A DNA stretch of 49,529 nucleotides from Bernardetia sp. (GTDB lineage: Bacteria > Bacteroidota > Bacteroidia > Cytophagales > Bernardetiaceae). The position numbers were made by a program, and so were the translations under genes. Shown piece by piece: positions 37,734-47,733 of the stretch (the stretch's first letter is position 1; the number at the start of each line of letters is the position of its first letter). Under the pieces are notes generated by a model. That model had not been told where the DNA came from and ran no database searches. It was given only the letters and a program-made list of their open reading frames with translations. The stretch is from the NCBI RefSeq assembly GCF_020630935.1, contig NZ_JAHDIG010000005.1, positions 64,001-113,529 on the forward strand, written 5' to 3'.

Positions 37734-39962
37734 ATGGAAATCACGACAACCGAAACAGCACAAAAATTAGGTCTTACAGCAGAAGAATTTACAAAAATTG
37801 AAGAAATATTGGGCAGAAATCCAAATTTTACTGAACTAAGTATTTTTTCTGTGATGTGGTCAGAACACTGTTCTTATAAAAACTCTATTGTTTGGCTCAA
37901 AACACTTCCCAAAAAATCGGACAGAATGCTCGTAGAGGCAGGAGAAGAAAATGCTGGCTTGGTAGATATTGGAGATGGTTTGGCATGTAGCTTCAAAATA
38001 GAATCTCATAATCACCCTTCAGCACTAGAGCCTTATCAAGGTGCTGCAACAGGCGTAGGAGGAATAAACCGTGATATTTTTACAATGGGTGCAAGACCGA
38101 TTGCACAGCTAAACTCTCTTCGTTTTGGAAAAATTAGCTCTCCCAAAACACAGTGGCTCGTTCGTGGTGTAGTAAAAGGAATCGGAGATTATGGAAATGC
38201 GTTTGGTATTCCGACAGTAGGTGGAGAAGTGTTTTTTGATGAGTGTTATAATGTAAATCCACTCGTAAATGCTTTTTCGGCTGGAATCGTAGAAACAGAC
38301 AAAATTGCTTCGGCTACTTCTCATGGCGTAGGAAACCCAGTCTATATCGTTGGTTCGGCTACTGGAAAAGATGGTATTCATGGAGCTTCATTTGCTTCAA
38401 AAGATATTTCTGATGATTCTATCAAAGACCTTCCTGCCGTACAGGTAGGTGACCCTTTCCAAGAAAAGCTACTTTTAGAAGCCACTTTAGAAGCCATCGC
38501 CACAGGACATTTAATAGGTATTCAAGATATGGGAGCAGCAGGAATTACCTGCTCAACTTCTGAAATGAGCGCAAAAGGCGAACATGGAATGAAAATCTAT
38601 TTGGATAAAGTTCCGACACGCCAAAAAAATATGCAGCCTTTTGAAATTTTGCTTTCTGAATCACAAGAACGTATGCTCATTGTTATTAAGAAAGGAAAAG
38701 AAGCTGAATTAGAAGCCATCTTCAAAAAATGGGATTTGAACTGTGAGAAAATTGGAGTGGTTACAGATACGAAACGATTAGAATTTTATGTAGGCGATGA
38801 GCTTGTAGCAGACGTTCCAGCCAATGACTTAGTATTGGGAGGTGGTGCGCCAGTTTATCACAGAGAATATACAGAACCAGCCTATTATCAAGAATTTCAG
38901 CAGTTTCATATAGATGAAATAGAAGAACCAGACGAAGATAAATTACCAGAAATTGCTAAATTCCTCATCGGACATCCAAATATTGCCTCTCGTCGTTGGA
39001 TTGCAGAACAGTATGATTCTATGGTCGGAACAGCAAATACTTCTACCAATCAGCCGTCTGATGCAGCGATTGTAAATGTAAAAGGAACAGATAAAAATAT
39101 TGTTATTTCGGTAGATTGTAATTCTCGTTATGTCAATGCTGACCCAGAACAAGGTACAATGATTGCCGTTTCAGAGGCTGCAAGGAACATTGTTTGTAGT
39201 GGTGGCGAGCCTGTCGCAATTACCAACTGTTTGAATTTTGGAAATCCGTATATTCCAGAAGTATATTGGCATTTTGTGGGAGCGATAAAAGGAATGAAAG
39301 CAGCGTGTGAAAAACTAGGTACGCCAGTAACAGGAGGAAACGTGAGTTTTTATAATCAGTCTTCTGATGAAGGTCCTGTTTTTCCAACTCCAACTATCGG
39401 AATGTTAGGACTTTTAGATAACATTGACCTTAAAATGACACTTGATTTTAAAACCGAAGGCGATATTATTTATCAACTAGGAACTTCAAGAAACGATATT
39501 TCTTCATCAGAATATCTTTATTCGTACCATAAATACAAGGCTTCTCCTGCTCCATATATCGATTTGGAAGAAGAGTCTAATCTACAACAAACTGTTTTAG
39601 AGCTTATCAAAAACAAACTTATTGTGTCTGCTCACGATGTTTCGGATGGTGGACTTTTCGTAACACTAACTGAATCTGCAATGGCTGCAAGTAAAGATTT
39701 AGGTTTCTCTGTCAAAACTACCTCTCATAAAGTTCGTAAAGATGCTTTTTGGTTCGGAGAAAGCCAAAGTAGAGTAGTCGTTTCGGTTGCTAAAGACAAA
39801 AAAGAAGAATTTGAAGCGATGCTAAGAGTAAAAAATGTAGATTTTTCAGAGCTTGGAAGTGTAGTTTCTGAAAAAGTTTGTCAAGTAGATGGAACGATTT
39901 GGCTCTCAGTAGAAGACGCAAGAGAAGAGTTTGAGGCTACTTTGCCAAAGTATTTGAATTAA
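37734..39962 (+). CDS. purL: Phosphoribosylformylglycinamidine synthase subunit II (FGAM synthase, PurL)
   Basis: 742 aa with duplicated AIR-synthase-like domains and the ESHNHPS motif. Confidence 0.85.
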   Translation: MEITTTETAQKLGLTAEEFTKIEEILGRNPNFTELSIFSVMWSEHCSYKNSIVWLKTLPKKSDRMLVEAGEENAGLVDIGDGLACSFKIESHNHPSALEPYQGAATGVGGINRDIFTMGARPIAQLNSLRFGKISSPKTQWLVRGVVKGIGDYGNAFGIPTVGGEVFFDECYNVNPLVNAFSAGIVETDKIASATSHGVGNPVYIVGSATGKDGIHGASFASKDISDDSIKDLPAVQVGDPFQEKLLLEATLEAIATGHLIGIQDMGAAGITCSTSEMSAKGEHGMKIYLDKVPTRQKNMQPFEILLSESQERMLIVIKKGKEAELEAIFKKWDLNCEKIGVVTDTKRLEFYVGDELVADVPANDLVLGGGAPVYHREYTEPAYYQEFQQFHIDEIEEPDEDKLPEIAKFLIGHPNIASRRWIAEQYDSMVGTANTSTNQPSDAAIVNVKGTDKNIVISVDCNSRYVNADPEQGTMIAVSEAARNIVCSGGEPVAITNCLNFGNPYIPEVYWHFVGAIKGMKAACEKLGTPVTGGNVSFYNQSSDEGPVFPTPTIGMLGLLDNIDLKMTLDFKTEGDIIYQLGTSRNDISSSEYLYSYHKYKASPAPYIDLEEESNLQQTVLELIKNKLIVSAHDVSDGGLFVTLTESAMAASKDLGFSVKTTSHKVRKDAFWFGESQSRVVVSVAKDKKEEFEAMLRVKNVDFSELGSVVSEKVCQVDGTIWLSVEDAREEFEATLPKYLN

Positions 39963-40030
39963 AATATAGAATAGGCTTTAGCCTGCTGATTTAATAACTT
40001 ACTGAAAAGGATACAGTTTTTTAGAATTCT

Positions 40031-40669
40031 GTGTCCTTTTTTGCTAAAACAAATTTACTGACTATGAATTACAAAGTGGAAATGGTAGAGCAGAGCGAAC
40101 AAATAAAAAGGTTTTATCTTTTAAAGAATGAAAGTTATCTAACTTTTAATGAAGTGTTTGAATTATGGCAAGCAGATGACAATTTTATTACTTTCTATAT
40201 AAATACTCTAATAAACTTTGATTACAAGGCTTTTCATTGGGAGCATCCCTGTTTGGAAGAACCTTTTTTGGATAAAAAATATGAATGTACAATAACAAAA
40301 AGTAAAAGACTAGAAGCAGCTTCTGTCAATGAAGAAGCATTCAAAGAACACATTTATACAAACGAATGTGTCATTGATTTTATGAATTTGGGCAAGAATG
40401 CAAGACTTATTATTCCCTCTAAAAAAACTGATAAAGAAGTGTATAATCACTTAGGAAAATTCATTAGGGCAGCTCCAAAAGAACAAATTATGGAAGTGTT
40501 CAAAAGAACTGGAAAGCTAGTAACAAAAGAAATTAAAGAAAATGGAAAAATTTGGCTCAATACGGCAGGTCTAGGAGTAATTTGGCTGCACATTAGACTA
40601 GATACAAAGCCTAAGTATTATAAAACAAGAAAATATAAAGACCCTAATTTTTTGAATACAATTGAATAA
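40031..40669 (+). CDS. Hypothetical protein, first gene of a two-gene cassette; conserved-looking C-terminal motif WLNTAGLGVIWLHIRLD
   Basis: 212 aa. I recognise no family. It is translationally coupled to the next ORF by an 8-bp overlap. Confidence 0.5.
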   Translation: MSFFAKTNLLTMNYKVEMVEQSEQIKRFYLLKNESYLTFNEVFELWQADDNFITFYINTLINFDYKAFHWEHPCLEEPFLDKKYECTITKSKRLEAASVNEEAFKEHIYTNECVIDFMNLGKNARLIIPSKKTDKEVYNHLGKFIRAAPKEQIMEVFKRTGKLVTKEIKENGKIWLNTAGLGVIWLHIRLDTKPKYYKTRKYKDPNFLNTIE

Positions 40670-41312
40670 TACACCTAAAGTCAATACTATATTTGACCTA
40701 ATTGAATTAAGACCTGCAATGTATCTTGGAAAAAATAGCATTACGCTAATGGATGTTTTCTTGACGGGATATAATTTTGCTTGTTATTCTAATGACATAA
40801 CACAACAAGAAACTTATCCTCTTTTTTGGTATTTTCATGAGTGGGCTATGGAAAAATATGGCTGGACAAGTTCGGTTGCAGGTTGGAAAAATATAATACT
40901 ACAAGGAAATGAATACGATGAAGCAAAGGCTTTAACTGTATTTTTTGAAATGATAGACGACTTTAAAAAACTTCGTCCTATTTCTTGTGAGTATGTAGAG
41001 TTAAATGAAAGAAATCTGAAATTTCATTATTCAGACTTGTGTAAAACAAAAAGATATAATTTTAGCTCAAAAATTCATCTGCCAGTATATGAAGAGGCTG
41101 ATGAGATATTAATAATAGAGCATTCTCATGACTTTGGTTATTCTATCTTTGTTACTCATCAAAACAGACTAATGGGCTATGATTGGAGGGAACGTTTTAA
41201 GAACTTGCAACAAGCTAAGTCACAGGTAAAACGTTTATTTAACACAAATGAAGAGCAATGGCAATTGTTTGAAGGAAATTTATTAGAAAAACTAAATGAT
41301 ATATTGAGATAA
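40662..41312 (+). CDS. Hypothetical protein, second gene of the cassette (TTG start overlapping the upstream stop)
   Basis: 216 aa. The start is TTG at 40662 (the track shows M). No family recognised. Confidence 0.45.
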   Translation: MNNTPKVNTIFDLIELRPAMYLGKNSITLMDVFLTGYNFACYSNDITQQETYPLFWYFHEWAMEKYGWTSSVAGWKNIILQGNEYDEAKALTVFFEMIDDFKKLRPISCEYVELNERNLKFHYSDLCKTKRYNFSSKIHLPVYEEADEILIIEHSHDFGYSIFVTHQNRLMGYDWRERFKNLQQAKSQVKRLFNTNEEQWQLFEGNLLEKLNDILR

Positions 41313-41341
41313 AACGTATTAATCTTCTAAAAAACAAAAAA

Positions 41342-41369
41342 AGCCATCCAAACTGGATAGCTTTTTTTA
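41342..41369. terminator. Bidirectional rho-independent terminator (AGCCATCCA-aact-TGGATAGCT + T7) shared by the cassette and convergent icd
   Basis: 9-bp stem with one mismatch, a T7 run downstream and an A-run upstream. Confidence 0.65.
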
Positions 41370-41397
41370 TACTTACAAAATGAAAAGACTAATATTT

Positions 41398-42852
41398 TTA
41401 TTGTCCTTGCCCTAGAGAGTAACCACGTTCTCCGTCGAAAGTACAAAGATTTTCTGTTTTGATGATGTCAAAACCTGCTTTATCTACTACATTCATCAGA
41501 GAAATAATATCTGAATTTTTGACAGGAGCTTCGCCATCTTTTTGGAAACGACAACGCCAGTGGTCTGTACAGAATGTTTCTTCAAAACCATTAGGATACA
41601 CTTTCAAACCACGATTAGTAACCATTTTGAGTTTCAAACCTTCATACTCACATTTTACAAGCGCATCACCTAAAACATTTGCATTTTTATTGCCATTTGC
41701 TTCTGTCCATTGTAAGAAAACATCTACCCCCACTACTTCTTTCTTAGCTTTCTTCGTAGAAACTGGTTTGGTAGCAATTTGCTTTCCTGTGTCATACGTT
41801 ACAGCATTAAGTTGAGTAGGCTTTTGTCCCATTCTCTCCACTACTGCATCTGCAAATTCTTTTGTACCTACTTTTTTAGTACTTGTTCCTTCTTTGAAAA
41901 TATCATACGTATGAACGCCGTCTTCCATTGTTTTGAGCCAAGCATTGTGTGCTTTCTCTGCTGCTTCTGGCTGACCGATATAAACAAGCATTTGGATTGC
42001 TCCTAATAATAATCCAGAAGGGTTAGCCATATTCTGACCTGCACGACGTGGCGCAGAACCGTGAATTGCCTCAAACATAGCAATTCCGTCTCCGATATTT
42101 GCCGAGCCAGCCAAACCAACAGAACCTGTGATTTGTGCAGCTACATCAGAAAGAACATCACCATAAAGGTTAGGCATTACGATAACGTCGAAGTTTTCTG
42201 GAGTATCAGCCATTTTTGCTGCTCCTATATCAATAATCCAATGTTCGTTTTCAATTTGAGGATATTCTGCTGCAATTTCATCAAAAACTTTGTGGAACAA
42301 GCCATCAGTAAGTTTCATGATGTTGTCTTTTGTAAAACAAGTTACTTTCTTACGACCATATGCTACTGCATATTCGAAAGCATAACGAACAATTTTCTCA
42401 CAACCAGGGCGAGAGATAAGTTTCAAACATTGTGTTACTTCGTCTGTCTGACGGTGTTCGATTCCTGCATACAAATCTTCCTCGTTCTCACGAATAATTA
42501 CCACGTCCATTTTAGGATGTTTTGTAGAAACATAAGGGTGGTAAGAGATACAAGGACGCACATTTGCGTATAAACCTAAAGTTTTGCGAGTAGTTACGTT
42601 CAAACTCTTAAAACCTCCACCTTGAGGAGTAGTGATAGGTGCTTTTAAGAAAACTTTCGTACGACGAAGAGAATCCCACGCTTCTGGTGCAATACCAGCT
42701 GAGTTTCCTTTCATATATACTTTCTCTCCGATTTCAATTTCTTCAATGTCAAGTTGTGCGCCAGCAGCTTCAATAATTTTGATAGTTGCGTCCATAATTT
42801 CAGGACCGATGCCATCGCCGTGTGCTACGGTAATTGGAGTTTTTACGCTCAT
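41398..42852 (-). CDS. icd: NADP-dependent isocitrate dehydrogenase
   Basis: 484 aa. The N-terminus PITVAHGDGIGPEIM and overall conservation match the beta-decarboxylating dehydrogenase family, with a C-terminal extension of about 70 aa. Confidence 0.85.
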   Translation of the reverse strand: MSVKTPITVAHGDGIGPEIMDATIKIIEAAGAQLDIEEIEIGEKVYMKGNSAGIAPEAWDSLRRTKVFLKAPITTPQGGGFKSLNVTTRKTLGLYANVRPCISYHPYVSTKHPKMDVVIIRENEEDLYAGIEHRQTDEVTQCLKLISRPGCEKIVRYAFEYAVAYGRKKVTCFTKDNIMKLTDGLFHKVFDEIAAEYPQIENEHWIIDIGAAKMADTPENFDVIVMPNLYGDVLSDVAAQITGSVGLAGSANIGDGIAMFEAIHGSAPRRAGQNMANPSGLLLGAIQMLVYIGQPEAAEKAHNAWLKTMEDGVHTYDIFKEGTSTKKVGTKEFADAVVERMGQKPTQLNAVTYDTGKQIATKPVSTKKAKKEVVGVDVFLQWTEANGNKNANVLGDALVKCEYEGLKLKMVTNRGLKVYPNGFEETFCTDHWRCRFQKDGEAPVKNSDIISLMNVVDKAGFDIIKTENLCTFDGERGYSLGQGQ

Positions 42853-42986
42853 GTGTAGTTAGGGTTTATTGGTTAGTAAAAAAAATGATATTTTTTTATG
42901 CAATCGTAAAGATAGTATTTTTTGATATTTATTCCGATTTCTGGGTGTATGACAAATTTTCCTGTTTATAAAACATTCAATATTTC

Positions 42987-43205
42987 GTTGCTCTGCAACT
43001 CTACTTTTTTCTGTACTTTGTTTTATTCTACCAACAGAACGTTGCTCTGCAACTTGTGTTGTAGTAAGGGTAGAAACGCCAGCTACTTTAAGCAGAAAGC
43101 TAATAAAAAAGTGTTTTTTGTAAAAAAAAGCATAGAAAAAGTTGCAGCGCAACCTCATATTTGTAGAATGGATTATCATAATTTCTTTGGGAGTTGCAGC
43201 GCAAC
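42987..43205. promoter_or_regulatory. Cluster of four 15-bp palindromic sites, consensus CGTTGCKCTGCAACT (core GTTGC-N3-GCAAC): 42987-42999 and 43041-43053 forward, 43141-43153 and 43193-43205 reverse; spacing 54/100/52 bp
   Basis: Read directly. The sites lie in the 740-bp divergent icd/acyl-CoA dehydrogenase intergenic region. Confidence 0.5.
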
Positions 43206-43591
43206 GAAATGTAAAGGATATTTTTTTGCTATACAACAAAAAGAGATTTTTGTCGTACACCCCCAATTTCTTACTGCTTCAAAACCATCCCACTTTCAAC
43301 TGACCTAAAGTCATTGCAATGATTTTTAAAAATATCATTTGATTCTATCAAAAAAATAATTTCTACCTAGTTTTTATTTGCTTAGAAAGAAGGCTGACAA
43401 AATTAATTCATAATTTTTTAAAAAAATATCGATTTTTTTCCAACATTATTCGTCGTGCATACGTTTATTTTACTAAATTTGTCAGAATGGTATGCAAGCA
43501 TACAAAAAAATATTTCCAATAATAACTAACTATTTGAAATACAGTTAGTTGTGGTAAGAAAATCAAATCAAAACATCTAAATAAAAAATAT

Positions 43592-45415
43592 ATGTCAAAC
43601 GTAGCAGAACAAGAAGCGTTGAAAGAAGCCCTAAGAGGAGGCGAATTTTTAATTAAAGAATCTTCAGCAGATGATATTTTTATCCCTGAAGAATTTTCTG
43701 AAGAGCAGCAGATGATGGCAAAAGCCACTGATGACTTTGTAAATATGGAAATTACTCCTATTGCAGAGAAAATTGATAAAATGCAAGACCCAGAGCTTAT
43801 GCCTTCACTTCTTACTAAGGCTGGCGAACTTGGTCTTTTGGGGATTGGTGTACCAGAAGATTTAGACGGACTTGGAATGAGCTTCAACACAACTATGCTT
43901 ATTGCAGATGTTGTAGGTTCAGCAGGCTCTTTCTCAACAGCTTACGGAGCGCACACAGGAATCGGAACACTTCCAATTTTGTATTATGGCAACGAAGAGC
44001 AAAAGAAAAAATATATTCCTAAACTAGCTACTGGTGAGTGGAAAGCGTGTTACTGTTTGACAGAGCCAGATGCAGGCTCGGATGCAAACTCTGGAAAAAC
44101 TAAGGCAGTTTTGTCAGAAGATGGAAAATATTATTCTATCACTGGACAGAAAATGTGGATAACAAACGGTGGTTTTGCTGATGTATTTATTGTATTTGCT
44201 CGTATTGAAGACGATAAAAACCTTACAGCATTCATCGTAGAGCGTAATTATAACGGAATTACAATGAACGAAGAAGAGCAAAAACTAGGCATCAAAGGTT
44301 CTTCTACTCGTCAGATATTCTTCAACGATACAAAAGTTCCTGTTGAGAATATGCTTTCAGAGCGTGGTAATGGTTTCAAAATCGCTGTAAATATTCTTAA
44401 CATCGGTCGTATCAAATTGGGTGCTGGCGTATTGAATGGTTGTCGCCAAGTGATTCGTTATTCTGTTCGTTATGGAAATGAGCGTAAGCAGTTTAATACT
44501 CCAATTTCTTCTTTTGGAGCAATCAAGTATAAATTAGCTGAAATGACTGCTCGTAACTATGCGACAGAATCGTTGTGTTATGCAGCAGGTCAAGATATTG
44601 ACGACCGTATTACATATTTGCGTAAGTCAGGTATGGATGCAGCAGAATCTAAGCTCAAAGGTGTAGAAGAATTTGCCATTGAGTGTGCGATTGCTAAAGT
44701 ACACGGTTCTGAAACATTAGATTACTGTGTAGATGAAGGCGTACAGATTTATGGTGGTATGGGATTCTCTGAAGATGCTCCTATGGCTCGTGCGTATCGT
44801 GATGCACGTATTGCACGTATTTATGAAGGTACGAACGAAATTAACCGTATGCTTTTGGTAGGAATGATTTTACGTCGTGCTATGAAAGGCGATTTGGATG
44901 TTCTTTCACATGCAAAAGCAGTAGGAAAAGAACTTCTTCAAATGCCTGCACCAGCAAATATTGACCGTACACAACCATTTGCAGCAGAAAAAGAACTTAT
45001 TTCTCGTATGAAGAAAGCTGTTTTGATGGTAGCAGGAAAAGCTGCTCAAACATTTGGTCCAAAACTTAATGATGAGCAAATTCTTTTGATGGCTGTTGCT
45101 GATATGATTATTGAAGTATATGCAGCAGAAACGTCTATTATGCGTGCTGAAAAATTAGTTCGTCAGCATGGAGAAAGTGTAGATGGAATCAAAGCTAAAT
45201 TGGCGAAACTTTATCTTCAATTAGCTGTAAACAAGTTAGAGCAAAAAGGACGTGAAGCGATTTCTTGTTTCTCTAAAGGCGATGAGATGCGTGTTCTTTT
45301 GATGGGCTTGAAGCGTTTTACTAAGCACGAGCCAATCAATCAGCGTGAACTTCGCCACGAAATTGCAGACCACATGATTGAGAAAAATGATTATGCGTAT
45401 AAACTTTGGGCGTAA
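43592..45415 (+). CDS. Acyl-CoA dehydrogenase (long FadE-like form)
   Basis: 607 aa with CLTEPDAGSDA, ACAD middle and C-terminal domains, and an extended C-terminal region. Confidence 0.8.
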   Translation: MSNVAEQEALKEALRGGEFLIKESSADDIFIPEEFSEEQQMMAKATDDFVNMEITPIAEKIDKMQDPELMPSLLTKAGELGLLGIGVPEDLDGLGMSFNTTMLIADVVGSAGSFSTAYGAHTGIGTLPILYYGNEEQKKKYIPKLATGEWKACYCLTEPDAGSDANSGKTKAVLSEDGKYYSITGQKMWITNGGFADVFIVFARIEDDKNLTAFIVERNYNGITMNEEEQKLGIKGSSTRQIFFNDTKVPVENMLSERGNGFKIAVNILNIGRIKLGAGVLNGCRQVIRYSVRYGNERKQFNTPISSFGAIKYKLAEMTARNYATESLCYAAGQDIDDRITYLRKSGMDAAESKLKGVEEFAIECAIAKVHGSETLDYCVDEGVQIYGGMGFSEDAPMARAYRDARIARIYEGTNEINRMLLVGMILRRAMKGDLDVLSHAKAVGKELLQMPAPANIDRTQPFAAEKELISRMKKAVLMVAGKAAQTFGPKLNDEQILLMAVADMIIEVYAAETSIMRAEKLVRQHGESVDGIKAKLAKLYLQLAVNKLEQKGREAISCFSKGDEMRVLLMGLKRFTKHEPINQRELRHEIADHMIEKNDYAYKLWA

Positions 45416-45445
45416 TTTAATTACGAATTATCAATTATAAATTAC
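45411..45445. repeat. Degenerate tandem heptamer array (NNAATTA)n: GCGTAAT TTAATTA CGAATTA TCAATTA TAAATTA CGAATTG
   Basis: It overlaps the acyl-CoA DH stop codon and belongs to the same AATTACG family as 10196-10223 and 29853-29880. Confidence 0.55.
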
Positions 45446-45470
45446 GAATTGATAGTTCATATACAATACA

Positions 45471-45518
45471 AAAGCCTTACAGATTTTCCTTTTTGGAATT
45501 TTTGTAAGGCTTTTTTAT
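45471..45518. terminator. Bidirectional terminator hairpin (AAAGCCTTACA...TGTAAGGCTTT with a nested TTCC/GGAA stem, flanked by A/T runs)
   Basis: 11-bp outer stem followed by T6 and preceded by an A-run, between the convergent acyl-CoA DH and 45569 genes. Confidence 0.6.
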
Positions 45519-45568
45519 ACAATTAATCAAAACAATATAATTCAAAATGTAATTCTTTGATAACTGAA

Positions 45569-46348
45569 TTACGCCTCTTTAATAAACCTAACAAGTTGTC
45601 TTGCTTGGTTGAGAAATTGAGCATCTTCTGAAAGAGAGGCTATTTTATTTTCAGTTTGTTTGACAAGTGCTTGATGATTAGTGTTCATCTGAACATTCAA
45701 AGTTTCAAAATTCTGACGAATTTGTCGCATCGATTCTCTAAGTTCTTGTATTTCATTATCTTTTTTACTTATCCAAGAAGTTGGATTTTCGTGGTTTAGT
45801 TTTTCAGCAATCATATCTACCTTATATTTCAAATCTTCCAAATCCATCGTAACTTTATTGATGTCTTCTCTAGGATATTTTATACGTTGGCTCATGTTTG
45901 AAAGGCGATACGAAATGTATTCATACATTCTTACTGAAGGGCGAAGAGCTGTGAGGGCAAGTGCAAAAGCTGCTCCCACATAACCTACTACACTAACACC
46001 TGTTTTGGCTAAAAAGTACAAGCCAATAGCTGACAAAATATGTAGAAAAATAGCAACAAAAAGATACGTTTTGGATATTTTATTAGCGTACTCAACATCA
46101 ATATTTTCGACACTAATTCCTGTATTTTGAGATTCTTTTACATCTGATAAAATTTCTTTTGCCTTAAAGTGCATATTCCAAGGAACTGTGGTGATGAGCA
46201 GTAGCCACCAAAAACAACCTACTCCGATTGCCCAATCCATAAAATCACCTGTTGGAATATTAAGCCATTTCAAAACAGCAAAAACAATCAAAACTAAAAA
46301 GGTAATGCCCACTAAAGATGCGCTAATGTCTGAGGATGATTTTTTCAT
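45569..46348 (-). CDS. Hypothetical membrane protein (four N-terminal TM helices, C-terminal coiled coil)
   Basis: 259 aa with N-terminal LVGITFLVLIVFAVL and WAIGVGCFWWLLLITTV, and a C-terminal heptad-rich segment. Confidence 0.5.
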   Translation of the reverse strand: MKKSSSDISASLVGITFLVLIVFAVLKWLNIPTGDFMDWAIGVGCFWWLLLITTVPWNMHFKAKEILSDVKESQNTGISVENIDVEYANKISKTYLFVAIFLHILSAIGLYFLAKTGVSVVGYVGAAFALALTALRPSVRMYEYISYRLSNMSQRIKYPREDINKVTMDLEDLKYKVDMIAEKLNHENPTSWISKKDNEIQELRESMRQIRQNFETLNVQMNTNHQALVKQTENKIASLSEDAQFLNQARQLVRFIKEA

Positions 46349-46461
46349 AAAAATTAGTGATAAATGGTTAGTGATAAATTATTTGTAAGTAGTGAACAAG
46401 TAAATCATATTTTCATTCATTTACCACTTACAATTAGCTTCGCTGAATAAATATTTTACAA

Positions 46462-46737
46462 TTAACTTTCGTAATCTTTCAAAACTCTTTCGGTCTTAGC
46501 ATTTTTGATGCGATTAATAACTTTGTCGCTTTCGTGGTCGTCTCTGATGGTTTTGGCAAGTGTGAAGGCTGAACCTACTGTAAAGACCATTCCCATAAGC
46601 AAAAAGCCTTTTATCCACCAATCCGCTGGAAGATAGGCTATTCCTGCGCCTGTTCCTACGAAAGCAAATAAAAATGAAATCCACGTTTGGATTCTCCAAG
46701 CTGCTGTATTTTTTTGATGTAATTCTGTGTTGTCCAT
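46462..46737 (-). CDS. Small two-helix membrane protein, YiaA/YiaB (two-helix) domain-like
   Basis: 91 aa with WRIQTWISFLFAFVGTGAGIAYL and GFLLMGMVFTVGSAFTLAKTIRDDHE. The YiaAB-like assignment is tentative. Confidence 0.45.
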   Translation of the reverse strand: MDNTELHQKNTAAWRIQTWISFLFAFVGTGAGIAYLPADWWIKGFLLMGMVFTVGSAFTLAKTIRDDHESDKVINRIKNAKTERVLKDYES

Positions 46738-46929
46738 AATAAAAGTTTATTTTTGTGTAGCACACACTTTATTGAGTAAATGATAAAATGAAGTATAATA
46801 GTTTTATTATGCTTAACGAGTAATTAAGTAGTCTGTTGAACTATAAAATTAAAAAACTGACTTTTGATAATGGATATAAATTGTTATTAAAATAAAATTA
46901 TTCAGATTTTAAATGTAAAAACCGATGTT

Positions 46930-47652
46930 ATGAAATTGATTTTTTTTCTAAAAATAATACTGCTGACTTTTTTGTCTATGAGCTTTATGTTCATATTTGG
47001 AGTAGCTAAGGCACAACAAACAGAACAGCAAAATAGTCAAAATCAAGCCTTGCCACCCAAAAAAACAGCTATTTCATTTACTCCAAATTATATTTTTCGC
47101 TCTACTTTACAAGTTGGAGTGCAGCGTTTTAATAAATATCAAGACCGAAGTTTTAATTTGTATGGTGCAATTACAGGATTAAATAATGATTTTTTGGAGG
47201 AAACAGGATATGCAGCAGAGGCACAATATCGATTTTATGTCAAGCGTTTTAAAGTGCGTACAAATCTGAATGAAAAGTCATATCAACAAGGAATTTATGT
47301 GGGAGTTTGGGCAAGAGGAGAGCAGTTTGAGCAAAAATATGACTACGAAAATATTTCTTATTTCGACCATGCAGGAAGAGAACGCTTTGTCAGCTATACA
47401 GGCACACAAGATATAGAGGCATTGAGTGGAGGTATTCAGTTTGGTTTTCAGCAGACATTTGCAAAATATTTCTTCTTTGACTTGTACGTCGGTGGAGGAT
47501 ACAGAGGCACAAATATAGAAACACAAACAGAATTTCAGAATACAGAACAAGCACAACATCAAGAAATTATGCGTTGGCATAACGGAATTTTTGATAGAGG
47601 TTATAAAGGAGTTTTACCAAGAGCTGGTTTTGCATTGGGAGTAGTTTTTTAA
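46930..47652 (+). CDS. Putative outer-membrane beta-barrel protein
   Basis: 240 aa with a signal peptide, alternating aromatic/aliphatic strands, and a C-terminus ...GFALGVVF with the aromatic terminal residue typical of OMPs. Confidence 0.5.
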   Translation: MKLIFFLKIILLTFLSMSFMFIFGVAKAQQTEQQNSQNQALPPKKTAISFTPNYIFRSTLQVGVQRFNKYQDRSFNLYGAITGLNNDFLEETGYAAEAQYRFYVKRFKVRTNLNEKSYQQGIYVGVWARGEQFEQKYDYENISYFDHAGRERFVSYTGTQDIEALSGGIQFGFQQTFAKYFFFDLYVGGGYRGTNIETQTEFQNTEQAQHQEIMRWHNGIFDRGYKGVLPRAGFALGVVF

Positions 47653-47733
47653 ATGATTTTCTCAAACAGTTTTTCGATGCTTTTGGTTTGTGTAAAAACA
47701 TATCCTCAATGACGGTTACTAAACCCAAATCCT

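Noticed and set aside
42859-43308. ORFs 42859..43266 (minus) and 42922..43308 (plus) filling the icd/acyl-CoA-DH intergenic region
   Set aside because: They are mutually overlapping, low-complexity and Cys/Phe-rich, and they cover the four palindromic sites. The region is better read as regulatory DNA. A small true gene cannot be fully excluded without homology searches.
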